From NCBI GenBank assembly GCA_963705305.1, contig OY970067.1, forward strand, positions 32,001 to 96,000: a DNA stretch of 64,000 nt. The letters run 5' to 3'. This DNA is from an uncultured Methylomirabilota bacterium (GTDB lineage Bacteria; Methylomirabilota; Methylomirabilia; Methylomirabilales; 2-02-FULL-66-22). Below, piece by piece: positions 31,521 through 41,181 of the stretch. The notes under the pieces are model-generated. The model was not told the origin of the DNA. It was given only the letters and a program-made list of their open reading frames with translations, and searched no databases. The first letter of the stretch is position 1. The number at the start of each line of letters is the position of its first letter. Both the position numbers and the translations under genes were made by a program.

Positions 31521-32378
31521 CTACACCCGCCGTGCCGCCGCGCTGCCGAACAGGCCGCCGGGGACGAGGAGGAGCAGGGTGATGAAGACCACGAAGGTGA
31601 CGACCCCCACGAAGATCCCGCCCACGAAATAGTTGGCCGTTTGCTGCAGGATGCCGAGGAAGAAGCCGCCGATCAGCGCGCCGCGGTTGCTGCCCAGTCC
31701 CCCCATGGCGATCGGCACGAACCCGTAGAACGTGAGGGTCGCGCCGAGGGCGAAGAAGGCGAGCAGGAGCTCCCCGCCCCAGAAGCCGGCCAGCGCCCCG
31801 ACCAGCGCCGCCAGGCAGTAGCTCACAACCCGGATCCGGACGTCCGGGATGCCGAGGGCGCGGGCCGCGTCGGGGTCCTCGGCCACGGCGACGAAGGCGG
31901 CCCCCCACAACGTCTTGCGATAGAACAGCTCCAGGCCGAGGAAGACCACCACACAGGCGACCACCGGCAGCCAGTACTTCTCGCTGGCCAGCCCCTCCCC
32001 CACGCCGAACAGGGTGGGGAACGGACGCGGGTCCGTCCCCCACCAGATCGCCACGACCTGCTGGATCATCAGTGCCGCGGCCAGGGTCGTGAGGACGTAC
32101 AGATGCTGCTCGATGCTCTTCAGGACGGGCCGGACGGCCACCAGTTCGGTGAGGTAGCCGTACGCCATGGACACGCCCATGGCGGCCGGGAATCCGAGCC
32201 AGAGCGGGAACCCCAGCACCCCCAGGAACCACGCCCCGAACACGGCGCCGATCATGCCGAGCTGCCCGGGGGTAAAGCTCACCACCTTGGACGTGGCATA
32301 CATCAGATTGTAGCTTATTCCTATCAGCGCATAGATGGCGCCGATCGCCATCCCGGCCACCAGAATGGTGATGACCAT
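31521..32378 (-). CDS. livH: Branched-chain amino acid ABC permease (LivH-like)
   Basis: GAIYALIG, AVAED--AA-ALGI, GGLGS, PGGLFG. Confidence 0.9.
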   Translation of the reverse strand: MVITILVAGMAIGAIYALIGISYNLMYATSKVVSFTPGQLGMIGAVFGAWFLGVLGFPLWLGFPAAMGVSMAYGYLTELVAVRPVLKSIEQHLYVLTTLAAALMIQQVVAIWWGTDPRPFPTLFGVGEGLASEKYWLPVVACVVVFLGLELFYRKTLWGAAFVAVAEDPDAARALGIPDVRIRVVSYCLAALVGALAGFWGGELLLAFFALGATLTFYGFVPIAMGGLGSNRGALIGGFFLGILQQTANYFVGGIFVGVVTFVVFITLLLLVPGGLFGSAAARRV

Positions 32379-32396
32379 CGCGCGTCCCTCCGCCCC

Positions 32397-33593
32397 CTAT
32401 TTCCCGTACCCGGGGGCGATTGCGTAGGCGCCCGCGTGGAACGAATTGGCCTGGTTCATCACGACGTCATCCGTGGGGTAGCCGTTGTGGTTGGTCGGGG
32501 AGTAGGTGCAGCTCGTGCAGTAGACGCCGTGGAAAGGCTTGCCCGCCTCCAGCGCGCGCTTGAAGTCCTCCGGCTTGGCGGATTTGGCCTCCTCCACCGT
32601 CTGCTTGATGAGCTCGATGGAATCCATCCCCAGCCCCACCCACCAGAGCATGGTGTCGTCCAGCTTCACGCCCGCCTTGCTCACCTCGTCGACGAACTGC
32701 TGGGTCTTCGGCGGCAGGTTGCCGTTCGCATCAAAGCTCATGGGACGGTAGCCGACGTTGTACACGTTGTTCCAGTTCTCCGGCTTGGCCAGGAGCGGCT
32801 TGACCGCGCCGGCGCCCAGAACCGGGTGCCCCGCAAACGGCACGTTCCAGTTCAGCTCGGCCCGGCCGTTCATCAGCCGGGAGTTGAGGCCGGCGGAATC
32901 GGTCCACACGATCATGACTTCGGCACCGGAGCTTTGGGCCTTGCGGAGGTCTGCCATGACGTCGGTCTGGCTCGCCTCGACGAGCCCCTTGTAGACGATA
33001 TTCGCCCCCCGCGCCTTCAGCAGCTGCTCGGACAGGTTCACCGACATGGTTCCGTAGCCGGTGCTGTCGCCGATGATCCCGATCTTCTTGGCCTTCAGGA
33101 TCTTCAGCGCGTACGTCAGCACCGCCTCCTGCCACTGCATGTTGTCGTTGGAGACGCGGAAGGAATAGGGAAATTTGGCGACGTCGATGAGCGAGTCCAC
33201 CACCCCGATCGGGAGGCTCGGCACCTTGTAGCGCGCGATCACGGGCTGGGTTGCCAGGCACTCCCCCGAGTTGGTGGGGCCGATCGTGAACTCCACCTTG
33301 TCGTTGTTGATCATCTCCAGCACGGCATTGACCGCCTTGGTCGGATCGCCCTGGGTGTCCCGGCTCACGATCTCGATCTTCCGGCCCATGACGCCTCCGG
33401 CCTTGTTGATCACGTCGACGGCATAGCGGATCCCACGGTCCTGGCCGATCCCCGGCGTGGAGTTGGGGCCGGTCAGGGCCACCGGCCAGCCGATCCTGAG
33501 GGGAGGGGCACTGGCCGCCCAGACTGGAACTGCGCCCAAGGCAATCGACACGACGGCAAGAATGCCTACGATGACCGCACTCTTTTTCTGCAT
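32397..33593 (-). CDS. Branched-chain amino acid ABC substrate-binding protein
   Basis: Signal peptide, INKAGGVMGRK, DTQGDP, YSFR; GAGGAGG RBS. Confidence 0.9.
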   Translation of the reverse strand: MQKKSAVIVGILAVVSIALGAVPVWAASAPPLRIGWPVALTGPNSTPGIGQDRGIRYAVDVINKAGGVMGRKIEIVSRDTQGDPTKAVNAVLEMINNDKVEFTIGPTNSGECLATQPVIARYKVPSLPIGVVDSLIDVAKFPYSFRVSNDNMQWQEAVLTYALKILKAKKIGIIGDSTGYGTMSVNLSEQLLKARGANIVYKGLVEASQTDVMADLRKAQSSGAEVMIVWTDSAGLNSRLMNGRAELNWNVPFAGHPVLGAGAVKPLLAKPENWNNVYNVGYRPMSFDANGNLPPKTQQFVDEVSKAGVKLDDTMLWWVGLGMDSIELIKQTVEEAKSAKPEDFKRALEAGKPFHGVYCTSCTYSPTNHNGYPTDDVVMNQANSFHAGAYAIAPGYGK

Positions 33594-34185
33594 TGATCTA
33601 TCCCTCCTCGCGATTCCCGCCCAGAACACGACGACCCCGAACGGATTCCCGCTGCATCGACCATGTCCCGCCGGACCACCATCGGCGGCGCGCGGTGGAG
33701 CCCGCGGTGACTCCGGCACCCCGCACCTCCCGCATCCCCTATGGATGGTTTGCGGACCGCTGTCCATACGCCCACGCCCAGACCGCGACGGGCAGGAAGG
33801 TGGATCCACCGCGGCATCCGCCCGTCGCCTCGCTGGCTGAGGAAGAGACCGGAGGAGCGATGCTCGCCGCCGACCGACGCGTGCCGTGTCGATCGGCCTG
33901 CCCCTCGACCCTGCCGTGGGCCCTCGTGTGCCCCTTGTCTTTCACCACCAGCGCTGCCGTCTCATCTGTCAGGCGATTCCAGTTTCTCCACCGATCTCGG
34001 GCTGGCCCAACGAGGCCGGGATGCGGATCGAAACTGATGTGCCGCCGGGTGAGCTTGAGGGAGGGGGCGATGTTCATATTCCCGCTGCCCATCGTAAGAC
34101 CGCCGCGGCGCGGGTGAAGCGGGAAAGTCACTGCTGCAGAGCCGACACGGCTCCGGTGACTGCGGCTGGCCAGCATGGCGGGTGG

Positions 34186-34213
34186 ATGATACCGCTACCA
34201 TTCCTCGTGTCAA
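34186..34213 (-). promoter_or_regulatory. Second sigma70 promoter/operator matching the one at 27368
   Basis: TTGACA-N16-TATCAT; ATGATACCGCTACCAT (14/16 identical to the first operator). Confidence 0.65.
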
Positions 34214-34743
34214 GGAGTTTCTTATCAAAAAAACATCTTGTACTCGGCGATGGATGATGATGGCGGCACCCCTTCCACCGCACGTGAAGGTCCGGATTTC
34301 CACCCATGGGCCCGAGGGCCGGCATTCCTCCACGAATCGTGTCGCTCCCTGTCAGGCGGCTAACCTTCCCAGGCCGAACCCAGGGTGGAGCCCGCCGGGA
34401 ATCGCACGCCACACGATGTGGATCCCTGGCGGAGCCGATGGCCAGCGCTCAACGTCGCCGGCAGGCCGGGCGGGAGCCGGGAGAGGGACGAGTTCGGCAG
34501 GCTGGGCGGTCTGCCGTGCGCCCTTGTCATGGACCTGAGCCGAAAGCAGCCCTCCTGAAATCTGGACTGGAAGTCCAGCCATTTCCGGCGCAGGCCATCG
34601 AAGAGCAGCCCACAACAGTGGAAAAGGAACGGAGGGGGCTCCGAGGCTTGCAAGATTGATCGGTTAGGTCTTCATCCGGGATTCCGGCACGACCCGCAGT
34701 CCGCCGGAGGCCCTCGCCGCTTGGCTGAAGATCGCCGGTTCCG

Positions 34744-36165
34744 CTACCGGAAGAGATCCCGCTCGGCGGGGCGGACCAGGGCGCTGGCCCGTCCGTCGCC
34801 GCGCGGGAAGCGGTAGCCGCGGATGCGCACGACCGGGATGCGCTCTAGCTTGCCCATCATCAGGCCGGCGGCTGCGGCCAGCTCGTCGGCCACTGCCAGC
34901 TCCGTCGCACGCAGGAGGTGCCCGTGGGGGTCGTACTGCCCGATGTAGCTGACCAGTGGGGCCAGGCCCGCCGCCCCGATTGCCACGTTGGTCAGCCCCT
35001 CCCGCCAGGGGCGGCCGAACGTGTCGGAGACGATTACCGCGATCTCCGCGCCGCCCCGCTCGGCCAGCGCCTTGCGCAGGGATTCGGCCGAGGCATCCGG
35101 TTCCAGCGGCAGGAGGCAGACCCGCTCTTCCCCCGGCACATTGGAGGCGTCCACACCGGCATTGGCGCAGATGAAGCCGTGGCGGGTCTCCGCGATGATC
35201 ATCCCCCGGTCCATCCGGACGATGCGGCGGGATTCGCGCAGGACGACTTCCACGGCACGGGCGTCCTTGCTCCACGTCTCGGCGAACTGGCGCGCCAGGG
35301 GTGAGGGGGCGACGTCCCGGAGCGAGACCAGCCGGCCCTCGGCCTTGGAGACCACCTTCTGGGCCACCACCAGGACATCGCCCGTCAGCAGGCGGTCCCC
35401 GCGCCGGGCCGCGGCCTCCAGGATCAATCCTGCCAGGTCGTCTCCTTCTTTCACCTCGGGGATGCCGGGCAGCCCAACCAAGACGATTCCGTGTTGCTCT
35501 CCCCGGTCCGGCGTCCCTGTCACGCCTGCCGCCTCGAGAAACGCCCGCGTCCGGGTGGTCCCGGGAAGGGCCAGGAGGGCGGCGAGATCCTCCGGCTCGT
35601 CCACGTCCACCGCCAGCCGGGGCAGCGTCAAGGAGCACCAGGCCAGTCCCCGCGCGTCCGCCTCGGCCTGATGCTTGCGGAAGCTGTCAAACCCGAATCG
35701 CGACGGAATGGCCTCCGGCGGCCGGCGCCAGATAGCGTTAGTCCCCTTGGCGTCCCTGGAGGGCACCAGGATGACGGAGCGCCCCTCCGTCGCCTGCTCC
35801 AGAATGGCCGCGAGGTCTTCCGTGCGGATGGCGGGGACATCGGCCGGGATGGTGAGGAGGGCTTCCACTTCCTGCTCGGCGCAGACGCGGGAGGCCGCAT
35901 CCACCGAATAGCTCTCCGATCGCTGCTCGGCCTCCTCGATGATCAGCGCTCCGTGGCGGCGCGCCGCGCGCACGACCTCGAGGTCGGAGGTGGCCACGTA
36001 GACGGCATCCACCAAGGTCCCGACCGCCGGCATGACCGCCGAGAGGACGTCCTCCAGCATGGTGAGGGCCAGCCGCTGCCTGGCGGCCTGGTCTAGGATC
36101 CCGGCCAGGCGCCCCTTGGCACGGGCCGTGGCCTTCACCGGAACCAGGACCGCCGTGCGGGTCAT
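34744..36165 (-). CDS. cofC-cofE: CofC (guanylyltransferase) :: CofE (F420-0:L-glutamate ligase) fusion
   Basis: N-terminal VPVK...AKGRL, PADVP, GTN, RFGFDSF-KH, DVDEPEDL; C-terminal IPEVKEGDDL, VVAQKVVSKAEGR, ANAGVDASN, DTFGRPWREG, ADELA, DLFR; single ORF. Confidence 0.9.
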   Translation of the reverse strand: MTRTAVLVPVKATARAKGRLAGILDQAARQRLALTMLEDVLSAVMPAVGTLVDAVYVATSDLEVVRAARRHGALIIEEAEQRSESYSVDAASRVCAEQEVEALLTIPADVPAIRTEDLAAILEQATEGRSVILVPSRDAKGTNAIWRRPPEAIPSRFGFDSFRKHQAEADARGLAWCSLTLPRLAVDVDEPEDLAALLALPGTTRTRAFLEAAGVTGTPDRGEQHGIVLVGLPGIPEVKEGDDLAGLILEAAARRGDRLLTGDVLVVAQKVVSKAEGRLVSLRDVAPSPLARQFAETWSKDARAVEVVLRESRRIVRMDRGMIIAETRHGFICANAGVDASNVPGEERVCLLPLEPDASAESLRKALAERGGAEIAVIVSDTFGRPWREGLTNVAIGAAGLAPLVSYIGQYDPHGHLLRATELAVADELAAAAGLMMGKLERIPVVRIRGYRFPRGDGRASALVRPAERDLFR

Positions 36166-37115
36166 GTCAGCTCTCCAAGAAGCCGCAGGAGGAGATGCGC
36201 CACCCGCCGCTTTTCGTCCGGGCCGCGCATGACCGTGTCCCCCGCATGCACGCGGATACCCAGCGCCTCGATCTCCGCGGCCTGCCGCGCATCCGCCTGG
36301 TCGATCAGCATGCCCTCCAGCTTGCCCAGGATGGAGGTGTAGAAGCGCGCCACCCCCAGCGGCGACACCTCCACACCAGCCCAGCGGAGGAACTTATCGG
36401 TCGGCCCCTTGAGCGACTTCCCGCCGACCACCGGGCTCACAGCGACCAGCGGGATGCTGCGCGTCCGCAGGCGATCCAGCAGCCTGGGGATTGCCAGCAT
36501 GGGTCCGATACTGGCCACGGGGTTGCTGGGGGCGATGACGATCGCCTCTGCCTCGGCCATGGCGGCGAGCACCTCTTGGCTCGGCCGGGCCCGGGCGCTC
36601 CCCCGGTACTCCACCCCCCGCACCTCGTCAACGGCGCCGCGCTGGACCAGATACTCCTGAAAGTGGAGGGACCGCATGGTCCCGTCGCCGACCAGCACGT
36701 ATGTTCCCACCGGACCGTCCGTCATCGGAAGGATGCGCACCTCGACTCCCAGCGCGCGGCGGACAGTCTCGGTCACCTCGGTCAAGCGTCGTCCCGCCCG
36801 CAGGGCCTGCGTGCGGAAGATGTGCGTGGCGATGTCCCGGTCCCCCAGGTTGAACCAGGCGGGCTGGCCGTACCGCTTCAAGAGCTCCAGGCAGTGGAAG
36901 CTGTCGCCCGCAAAGCCCCACCCCCGCTCCACATCCACCAGCCCCGCCAGCGTGTAGGTGACGATGTCCACATCGGGCGAGATGGACAGGTCGTGAAGCC
37001 GGATGTCGTCGCCTGTGTTGACGACGGCGGTGAGAAGCGCCTGCGAATGCTCTTGAGCCAGGCCCCACAGCAGCTTCGATCCTCCCACGCCGCCGGCCAG
37101 AACGACGATGCGCAT
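36162..37115 (-). CDS. cofD: 2-phospho-L-lactate transferase CofD/FbiA
   Basis: LAGGVGG, NTGDD, SPDVD, WFNLGDRD, HFQEY, PSNP--SI, KGP. Confidence 0.95.
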   Translation of the reverse strand: MRIVVLAGGVGGSKLLWGLAQEHSQALLTAVVNTGDDIRLHDLSISPDVDIVTYTLAGLVDVERGWGFAGDSFHCLELLKRYGQPAWFNLGDRDIATHIFRTQALRAGRRLTEVTETVRRALGVEVRILPMTDGPVGTYVLVGDGTMRSLHFQEYLVQRGAVDEVRGVEYRGSARARPSQEVLAAMAEAEAIVIAPSNPVASIGPMLAIPRLLDRLRTRSIPLVAVSPVVGGKSLKGPTDKFLRWAGVEVSPLGVARFYTSILGKLEGMLIDQADARQAAEIEALGIRVHAGDTVMRGPDEKRRVAHLLLRLLGELT

Positions 37116-37140
37116 GGATTACCACCTCTCCTCACAGTGC

Positions 37141-37334
37141 GGACAACAGGGCCAATGAAAACGGACAACGGACAACCGGTCATTTCACCCTATTCCGAAA
37201 ATATCTCACCGCCAAAGCGCCAAGGGAAAATTCGAAGTTCGAAGTTCGAAATTGAAAGGGGTGATCTTGGCGTCATGGCGGTTCAAGTCGGCTCAAGGTT
37301 CATTTCCGGGCATTGGCCCGTTGTCGGTTGTCGG
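37141..37334. repeat. Nested inverted-repeat element with central TTCGAA(G/A) heptamers
   Basis: ACCGCCAAAGCGCCAAG...CTTGGCGTCATGGCGGT around TTCGAAG repeats; outer GGACAAC/GTTGTCG heptamers. Confidence 0.75.
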
Positions 37335-37338
37335 CTCT

Positions 37339-38004
37339 TCATTCTTCTTTGCCCATCTGCGGGAGCCCAGTCACGCGGATTCCCGCGGTCTTGATCTTGT
37401 AGCGGCGATTGATCTCGAGAAGCAGAACGGTGAGGCCCTCCACCACTTGGGCGTTCCGCGCCGGGCCAGCATCCACCGCCCGCAGCCCCAGCAGCCCCGC
37501 CAGCCCGCCGACCAGCCGGCGCGCCTCCTCATCTTCTCCGCATACCAGCACGTCGCAGTCGATCGGGCCTCCCTGGATCAGGTGGGTCTGGGACACATTC
37601 TGGAAGGCGGATACCACGCGGACCTCCGGCCCCAAGAGCAGCTGGGCCTCCTCGGCGGCCGAGCCGCCCGGCATCGTCCGCAGGCAGAGGGGATTCGCCG
37701 GGTCTATGGGGACCGTCACGTCCACCAGGATCTTGCCCCGTACCGCGTCCCGGATGTCCCAGAGCGTTTCCTCGTGGGCTGCGTAGGGAACGGTGAGCAC
37801 TACGATCTCGCCGGCTGCCGCCGCCTCGAGGTTGATGCGCCCGGCGGCCGCCCGGCGGCCCACGGCGGCATTGATCCCCTCCGCCGTCTTCGCCGCCCGC
37901 TCCGCTTTCCTGGAGCCGATGATCACTTCCTGGCCAGCGCGCGCCCACCCGGTGGCCAGCCCCCGGCCCTCTTTCCCACTTCCGCCCACGATGGCAATGC
38001 GCAT
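37339..38004 (-). CDS. npdG: NADPH-dependent F420 reductase (Fno)
   Basis: GGSGKEGRGLA, IGSR, TVPY, DVTVP, SAAE, SAFQNVS, VEGLT--L--IN--YK. Confidence 0.93.
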   Translation of the reverse strand: MRIAIVGGSGKEGRGLATGWARAGQEVIIGSRKAERAAKTAEGINAAVGRRAAAGRINLEAAAAGEIVVLTVPYAAHEETLWDIRDAVRGKILVDVTVPIDPANPLCLRTMPGGSAAEEAQLLLGPEVRVVSAFQNVSQTHLIQGGPIDCDVLVCGEDEEARRLVGGLAGLLGLRAVDAGPARNAQVVEGLTVLLLEINRRYKIKTAGIRVTGLPQMGKEE

Positions 38005-38082
38005 GGCGCGTCCTTTAGTTTTGGTGCAATGCAACCATATGGCTCTTTGCCATAGCCGAGCCGGGGGGCCGGCCGCCGCCGC

Positions 38083-38115
38083 CTTCTCCGTCATTCCCGC
38101 CCCGGCTTCCACCGG
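38083..38115 (+). repeat. REP-like GTCATTCC repeat (second copy at about 59566-59620, opposite strand)
   Basis: TCTCCGTCATTCCCGCCCCGGCTTCCACC vs reverse complement TCTCTGTCATTCCGGCCCCGGTTTTCACC. Confidence 0.55.
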
Positions 38116-38196
38116 GGCGGCGCAAGGCGGGCTAGACCGCGACTAGAGATCATTCCGGTAAAGACCGGGACCGGGGTAACGACACGAACGGCCCGG

Positions 38197-39369
38197 TCAG
38201 TTTGCGCTTTCAGCCGGGAAGATCTTCAGAAGCTCGTATCGCGTGTTGCGCTCGGCCGGGATGCGGCCGAGTTCGCGGATGCGCTGGTGAAATTCCTCGG
38301 GCGGAAGGTAGTCGCCGGCCGTGGCACCAGCCAAGCGGGAGATGTTCTCCTCCATCAGCGTCCCACTGTAGTCGTTGGCCCCCGCCTGGAGGCAGCGCTG
38401 GGAGACCTCTCGGCCCAGCTTCACCCACGAGACCTGAATGTTGTTGATGCGCCCTTGAAGCATGAGCCGGGCCAGCGCGTGCACTTTCAGGTGCTCCGCC
38501 ATCGTGGGTCCCGGCCGGGTCTTACCCTCCTGGAACACGTGGGTGTTGAAGTGGACGAAGCCGAGGGGCACGAACTCGGTGAAGCCTCCTGTCTCGCGCT
38601 GGATATCTCGCAGCAGGCAGAGCTGGTTGACCCAGTGGACGGGGTGCTCTACATGGCCGTACATCATGGTCGAGGTCGTGGGGATACCCAGCCGGTGGGC
38701 CGTGGTGATCACCTCCACCCATTGCTGGACCGTCACCTTCTTGCGCGAAAGGATCTGGCGTACGTCGTCGTCCAAAATCTCTGCCGCCGTGCCGGGAAGG
38801 CTTCCCAAGCCCTCGGCCTTCAGCATCCCCAGGTACTCCACGAGCGGCAGGCCCGTCTTCTCCACCCCGTAGACGACCTCCATGGGCGAGAAGGCATGGA
38901 TGTGAAGCTCGGGCGCGGCCCGCTTGATGGCCCGCAATATGTCGCGGTAGTGAAACCCATGCATTTCGCGGGGAAGCCCGCCCTGTACGCACACCTCGGT
39001 GGCGCCCCGCTCGCGGGCCTCCACAGCCCGACGGGCGATCTCCTCGAAGGTCAGATCGTAGGCGTCGGGAGCATTGGGGCCGGTGCTGAAGGCGCAGAAT
39101 TTGCACCCGATGATGCAGATATTGGTGAAGTTGATGTTCCGGTTGACCACGTAGGTGACGAGGTCTCCCGTGCGCCGCCGGCGAACCTCGTCGGCGACAG
39201 CCGTCAGAGCGTCGAGCGCATCCGGGCCCACCTCGGCCAGGACCAGCCCCTCCTCGCGGCTCAACTCTCGCCCCTCCAGGGCGCGGTCAAAAATGCGGGC
39301 TATGGCCGGGCGAGCATGGCCCGCCGCCGTCTCCGCCGCACACGGCAACAGCACCTTCGTCATCACCAC
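38197..39369 (-). CDS. cofH: FO synthase subunit CofH (radical SAM)
   Basis: VTYVVNRNINFTNICIIGCKFCAF, HIHAFSP, PGTAAEIL, TMMYGH, FTEFVPL, NIQVSWVK, GTLMEENIS. Confidence 0.95.
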   Translation of the reverse strand: MVMTKVLLPCAAETAAGHARPAIARIFDRALEGRELSREEGLVLAEVGPDALDALTAVADEVRRRRTGDLVTYVVNRNINFTNICIIGCKFCAFSTGPNAPDAYDLTFEEIARRAVEARERGATEVCVQGGLPREMHGFHYRDILRAIKRAAPELHIHAFSPMEVVYGVEKTGLPLVEYLGMLKAEGLGSLPGTAAEILDDDVRQILSRKKVTVQQWVEVITTAHRLGIPTTSTMMYGHVEHPVHWVNQLCLLRDIQRETGGFTEFVPLGFVHFNTHVFQEGKTRPGPTMAEHLKVHALARLMLQGRINNIQVSWVKLGREVSQRCLQAGANDYSGTLMEENISRLAGATAGDYLPPEEFHQRIRELGRIPAERNTRYELLKIFPAESAN

Positions 39370-39437
39370 TCCTTCTTCTCTCTCCGCCGATGCTCAGTTC
39401 CCTTCACGTCCTCTGCATTCTTATGAACGGCGACCCG

Positions 39438-39574
39438 ATATCTCACGCCAAGATCGCCAAGACAGGCACTTCAATTTCGAAATTCGAACTTCGAAATTCG
39501 AATTGTTCCGTCACCCCTGCACCCCAGATCCTCTGCACCCCTGCGCCCCCTCGCCCCCTCACCCTGTCTCCCCC
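39438..39574. repeat. CGCCAAG/TTCGAA repeat element followed by CCCCTGCA-type octamers
   Basis: ATATCTCACGCCAAGATCGCCAAG...TTTCGAAATTCGAACTTCGAAATTCGAA, then degenerate CCCCT(G/C)C tandem units. Confidence 0.7.
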
Positions 39575-40768
39575 TCAGCCCTCCTCGGAGACCAGTCCGT
39601 CACTTCCCGCCGCGGTCCGGATCCGCTCGGCCAGCTCGGGGGCTAGGTAGCCCGGGTGGTCCAGGATGTACTCGGGATACACCGGCAGCCGCTGGCGCAG
39701 GCGGAAGCCCCGCGCCTCGGTGGCGCGGCGGAGCGCCGCCAGCTGCGGCCAGGGCGCCTCGGGGTTGATGAAGTCGCGGGTCAGCGGCGAGACGCCGCCC
39801 CAGTCGTTGATTCCCGCATCCAGCAGCTGACCGTAGTCCTGGCTCAGGTTGGGCGGGGCCTGAAGATTCATAGAGGGTCCCAGGACCAGCCGGGCCACGG
39901 CCGTCGTCCGCAGCATCTCCTCCAAGGAAGGCTCCGGATGGTCGCGCATGGGGATGCCGGGCTTGCGCCGGAAGTTCTGGATGATGACCTCCTGCACGTG
40001 GCCGAACCGCAGGTGGAGGGCGCGGATGGCCAGCAGCGAGTCCACGCGCTCCGCGGGCGTCTCGCCGATGCCGATGAGAAGGCCTGTGGTGAACGGGATC
40101 CGGAGCCGGCCGGCCGCCTCCAGGACGCGCAGGCGGGCGCGGGGATGCTTGGTAACCGCGCCGTGGTGCGGCCCGCCGGCGTCCAGCAGGCGAAGGCTGG
40201 TCGTTTCCAGCATGAGGCCCAGGCTGGCGTTCAGCGGCTTGAGGGCGCGGAGATCCATCTCGGACATGAGGCCCGGATTGGCATGCGGGAGAAGGGCGGA
40301 GCGCGCCAGGACCATCCGGCAGGAGGCCCGGAGGTAGTCCAGCGTCCGGCGGTGTCCCATATCCTGTAAGATCCGCCCGGCCTCGGGGAAAATCGCCTCG
40401 GGGGCGTCCCCCAGGCTGAAGAGTGCCTCCGTGCAACCCAGGCGTTCCCCCTCCTCCGCCACGGCCAGCACCTCTTGCGGTCGCATGATCCAGCCGTCTG
40501 GCTCGGCCGGATCTCTGCGAAACGTGCAGTAGCCGCAGCGGTCGCGACACAGGTTGGTAAGGGGCAGGAACACCTTCCGCGAGTAGGTGATGGTCGTGCC
40601 CTTCCCCCGGTCGCGCAGCGCGGACGCCGCTTGGAGCAGCGGCTCCAATGGGGGGGCGCCCTCCAGGAGGCGGATGGCGGATTCGCGGGAGAGACCTTTT
40701 CCCGTTGCAGCCGATTCCAGGACCGCGGTCAGCTCATCGGCCGCGGACCAGGCAGTGGGAGGTGCCAC
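39575..40768 (-). CDS. cofG: FO synthase subunit CofG (radical SAM)
   Basis: TYSRKVFLPLTNLCRDRCGYCTF, EALF, PHANPG, GLMLE, PFTTGLLIGIGE, QEVIIQNF, QAPPNL, GINDWGGVSP. Confidence 0.95.
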   Translation of the reverse strand: MAPPTAWSAADELTAVLESAATGKGLSRESAIRLLEGAPPLEPLLQAASALRDRGKGTTITYSRKVFLPLTNLCRDRCGYCTFRRDPAEPDGWIMRPQEVLAVAEEGERLGCTEALFSLGDAPEAIFPEAGRILQDMGHRRTLDYLRASCRMVLARSALLPHANPGLMSEMDLRALKPLNASLGLMLETTSLRLLDAGGPHHGAVTKHPRARLRVLEAAGRLRIPFTTGLLIGIGETPAERVDSLLAIRALHLRFGHVQEVIIQNFRRKPGIPMRDHPEPSLEEMLRTTAVARLVLGPSMNLQAPPNLSQDYGQLLDAGINDWGGVSPLTRDFINPEAPWPQLAALRRATEARGFRLRQRLPVYPEYILDHPGYLAPELAERIRTAAGSDGLVSEEG

Positions 40769-40781
40769 GTCACTCCCCTGG

Positions 40782-40943
40782 CAGGCCGCTGAAAAAGTCC
40801 CATCTGCCGGGTACCCATCTGATGGGTGCCCAGCCTTCGGCCGGGTACCCGCCCACTCCCGCGGCGCTGCGGCGTACGGGCTAAGTACGCCTCGCGCCTC
40901 AGATCACGTGGCGCGTGGCATCTGGGCCTTTTTGAGCGGCCTG
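40782..40943. mobile_element. MITE-like element, copy 1
   Basis: 26-bp imperfect TIRs CAGGCCGCTGAAAAAGTCCCATCTGC / GCATCTGGGCCTTTTTGAGCGGCCTG; core shared with 44026-44150. Confidence 0.8.
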
Positions 40944-41105
40944 AGCAAAAGCGGCCTTTTTAGCCTCTCGCTAGGCGCCGAACCGTTAAGAAGCCCGCCG
41001 ATTGCCCACCGGCTCGAACTCTTCGGCGCCGCACGATGTCCGGGAAGGCGGGGATTGAGTCTACTCCACTATCCGCCATTTCGGAACAAGAGACTGGGGT
41101 ACGGC

Positions 41106-41180
41106 CAATGACCAGCGAGGAATTATCAATGGCCAAAAGGAAATGACCAATGGCAAATGGGAAGTGATCAAATGACCAAA
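41106..41180. repeat. Degenerate (C/A)AATG(A/G)C heptamer repeats
   Basis: CAATGAC, CAATGGC, AAATGAC, CAATGGC, AAATGG, AAATGAC just downstream of the lysO stop. Confidence 0.6.
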
Positions 41181-41181
41181 G

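Noticed and set aside
33620..34100. Possible tyrosine-recombinase remnant (LVVKDKG, GLFLSQRG in different frames)
   Set aside because: Only scattered short resemblances and no catalytic motifs; would need blastx
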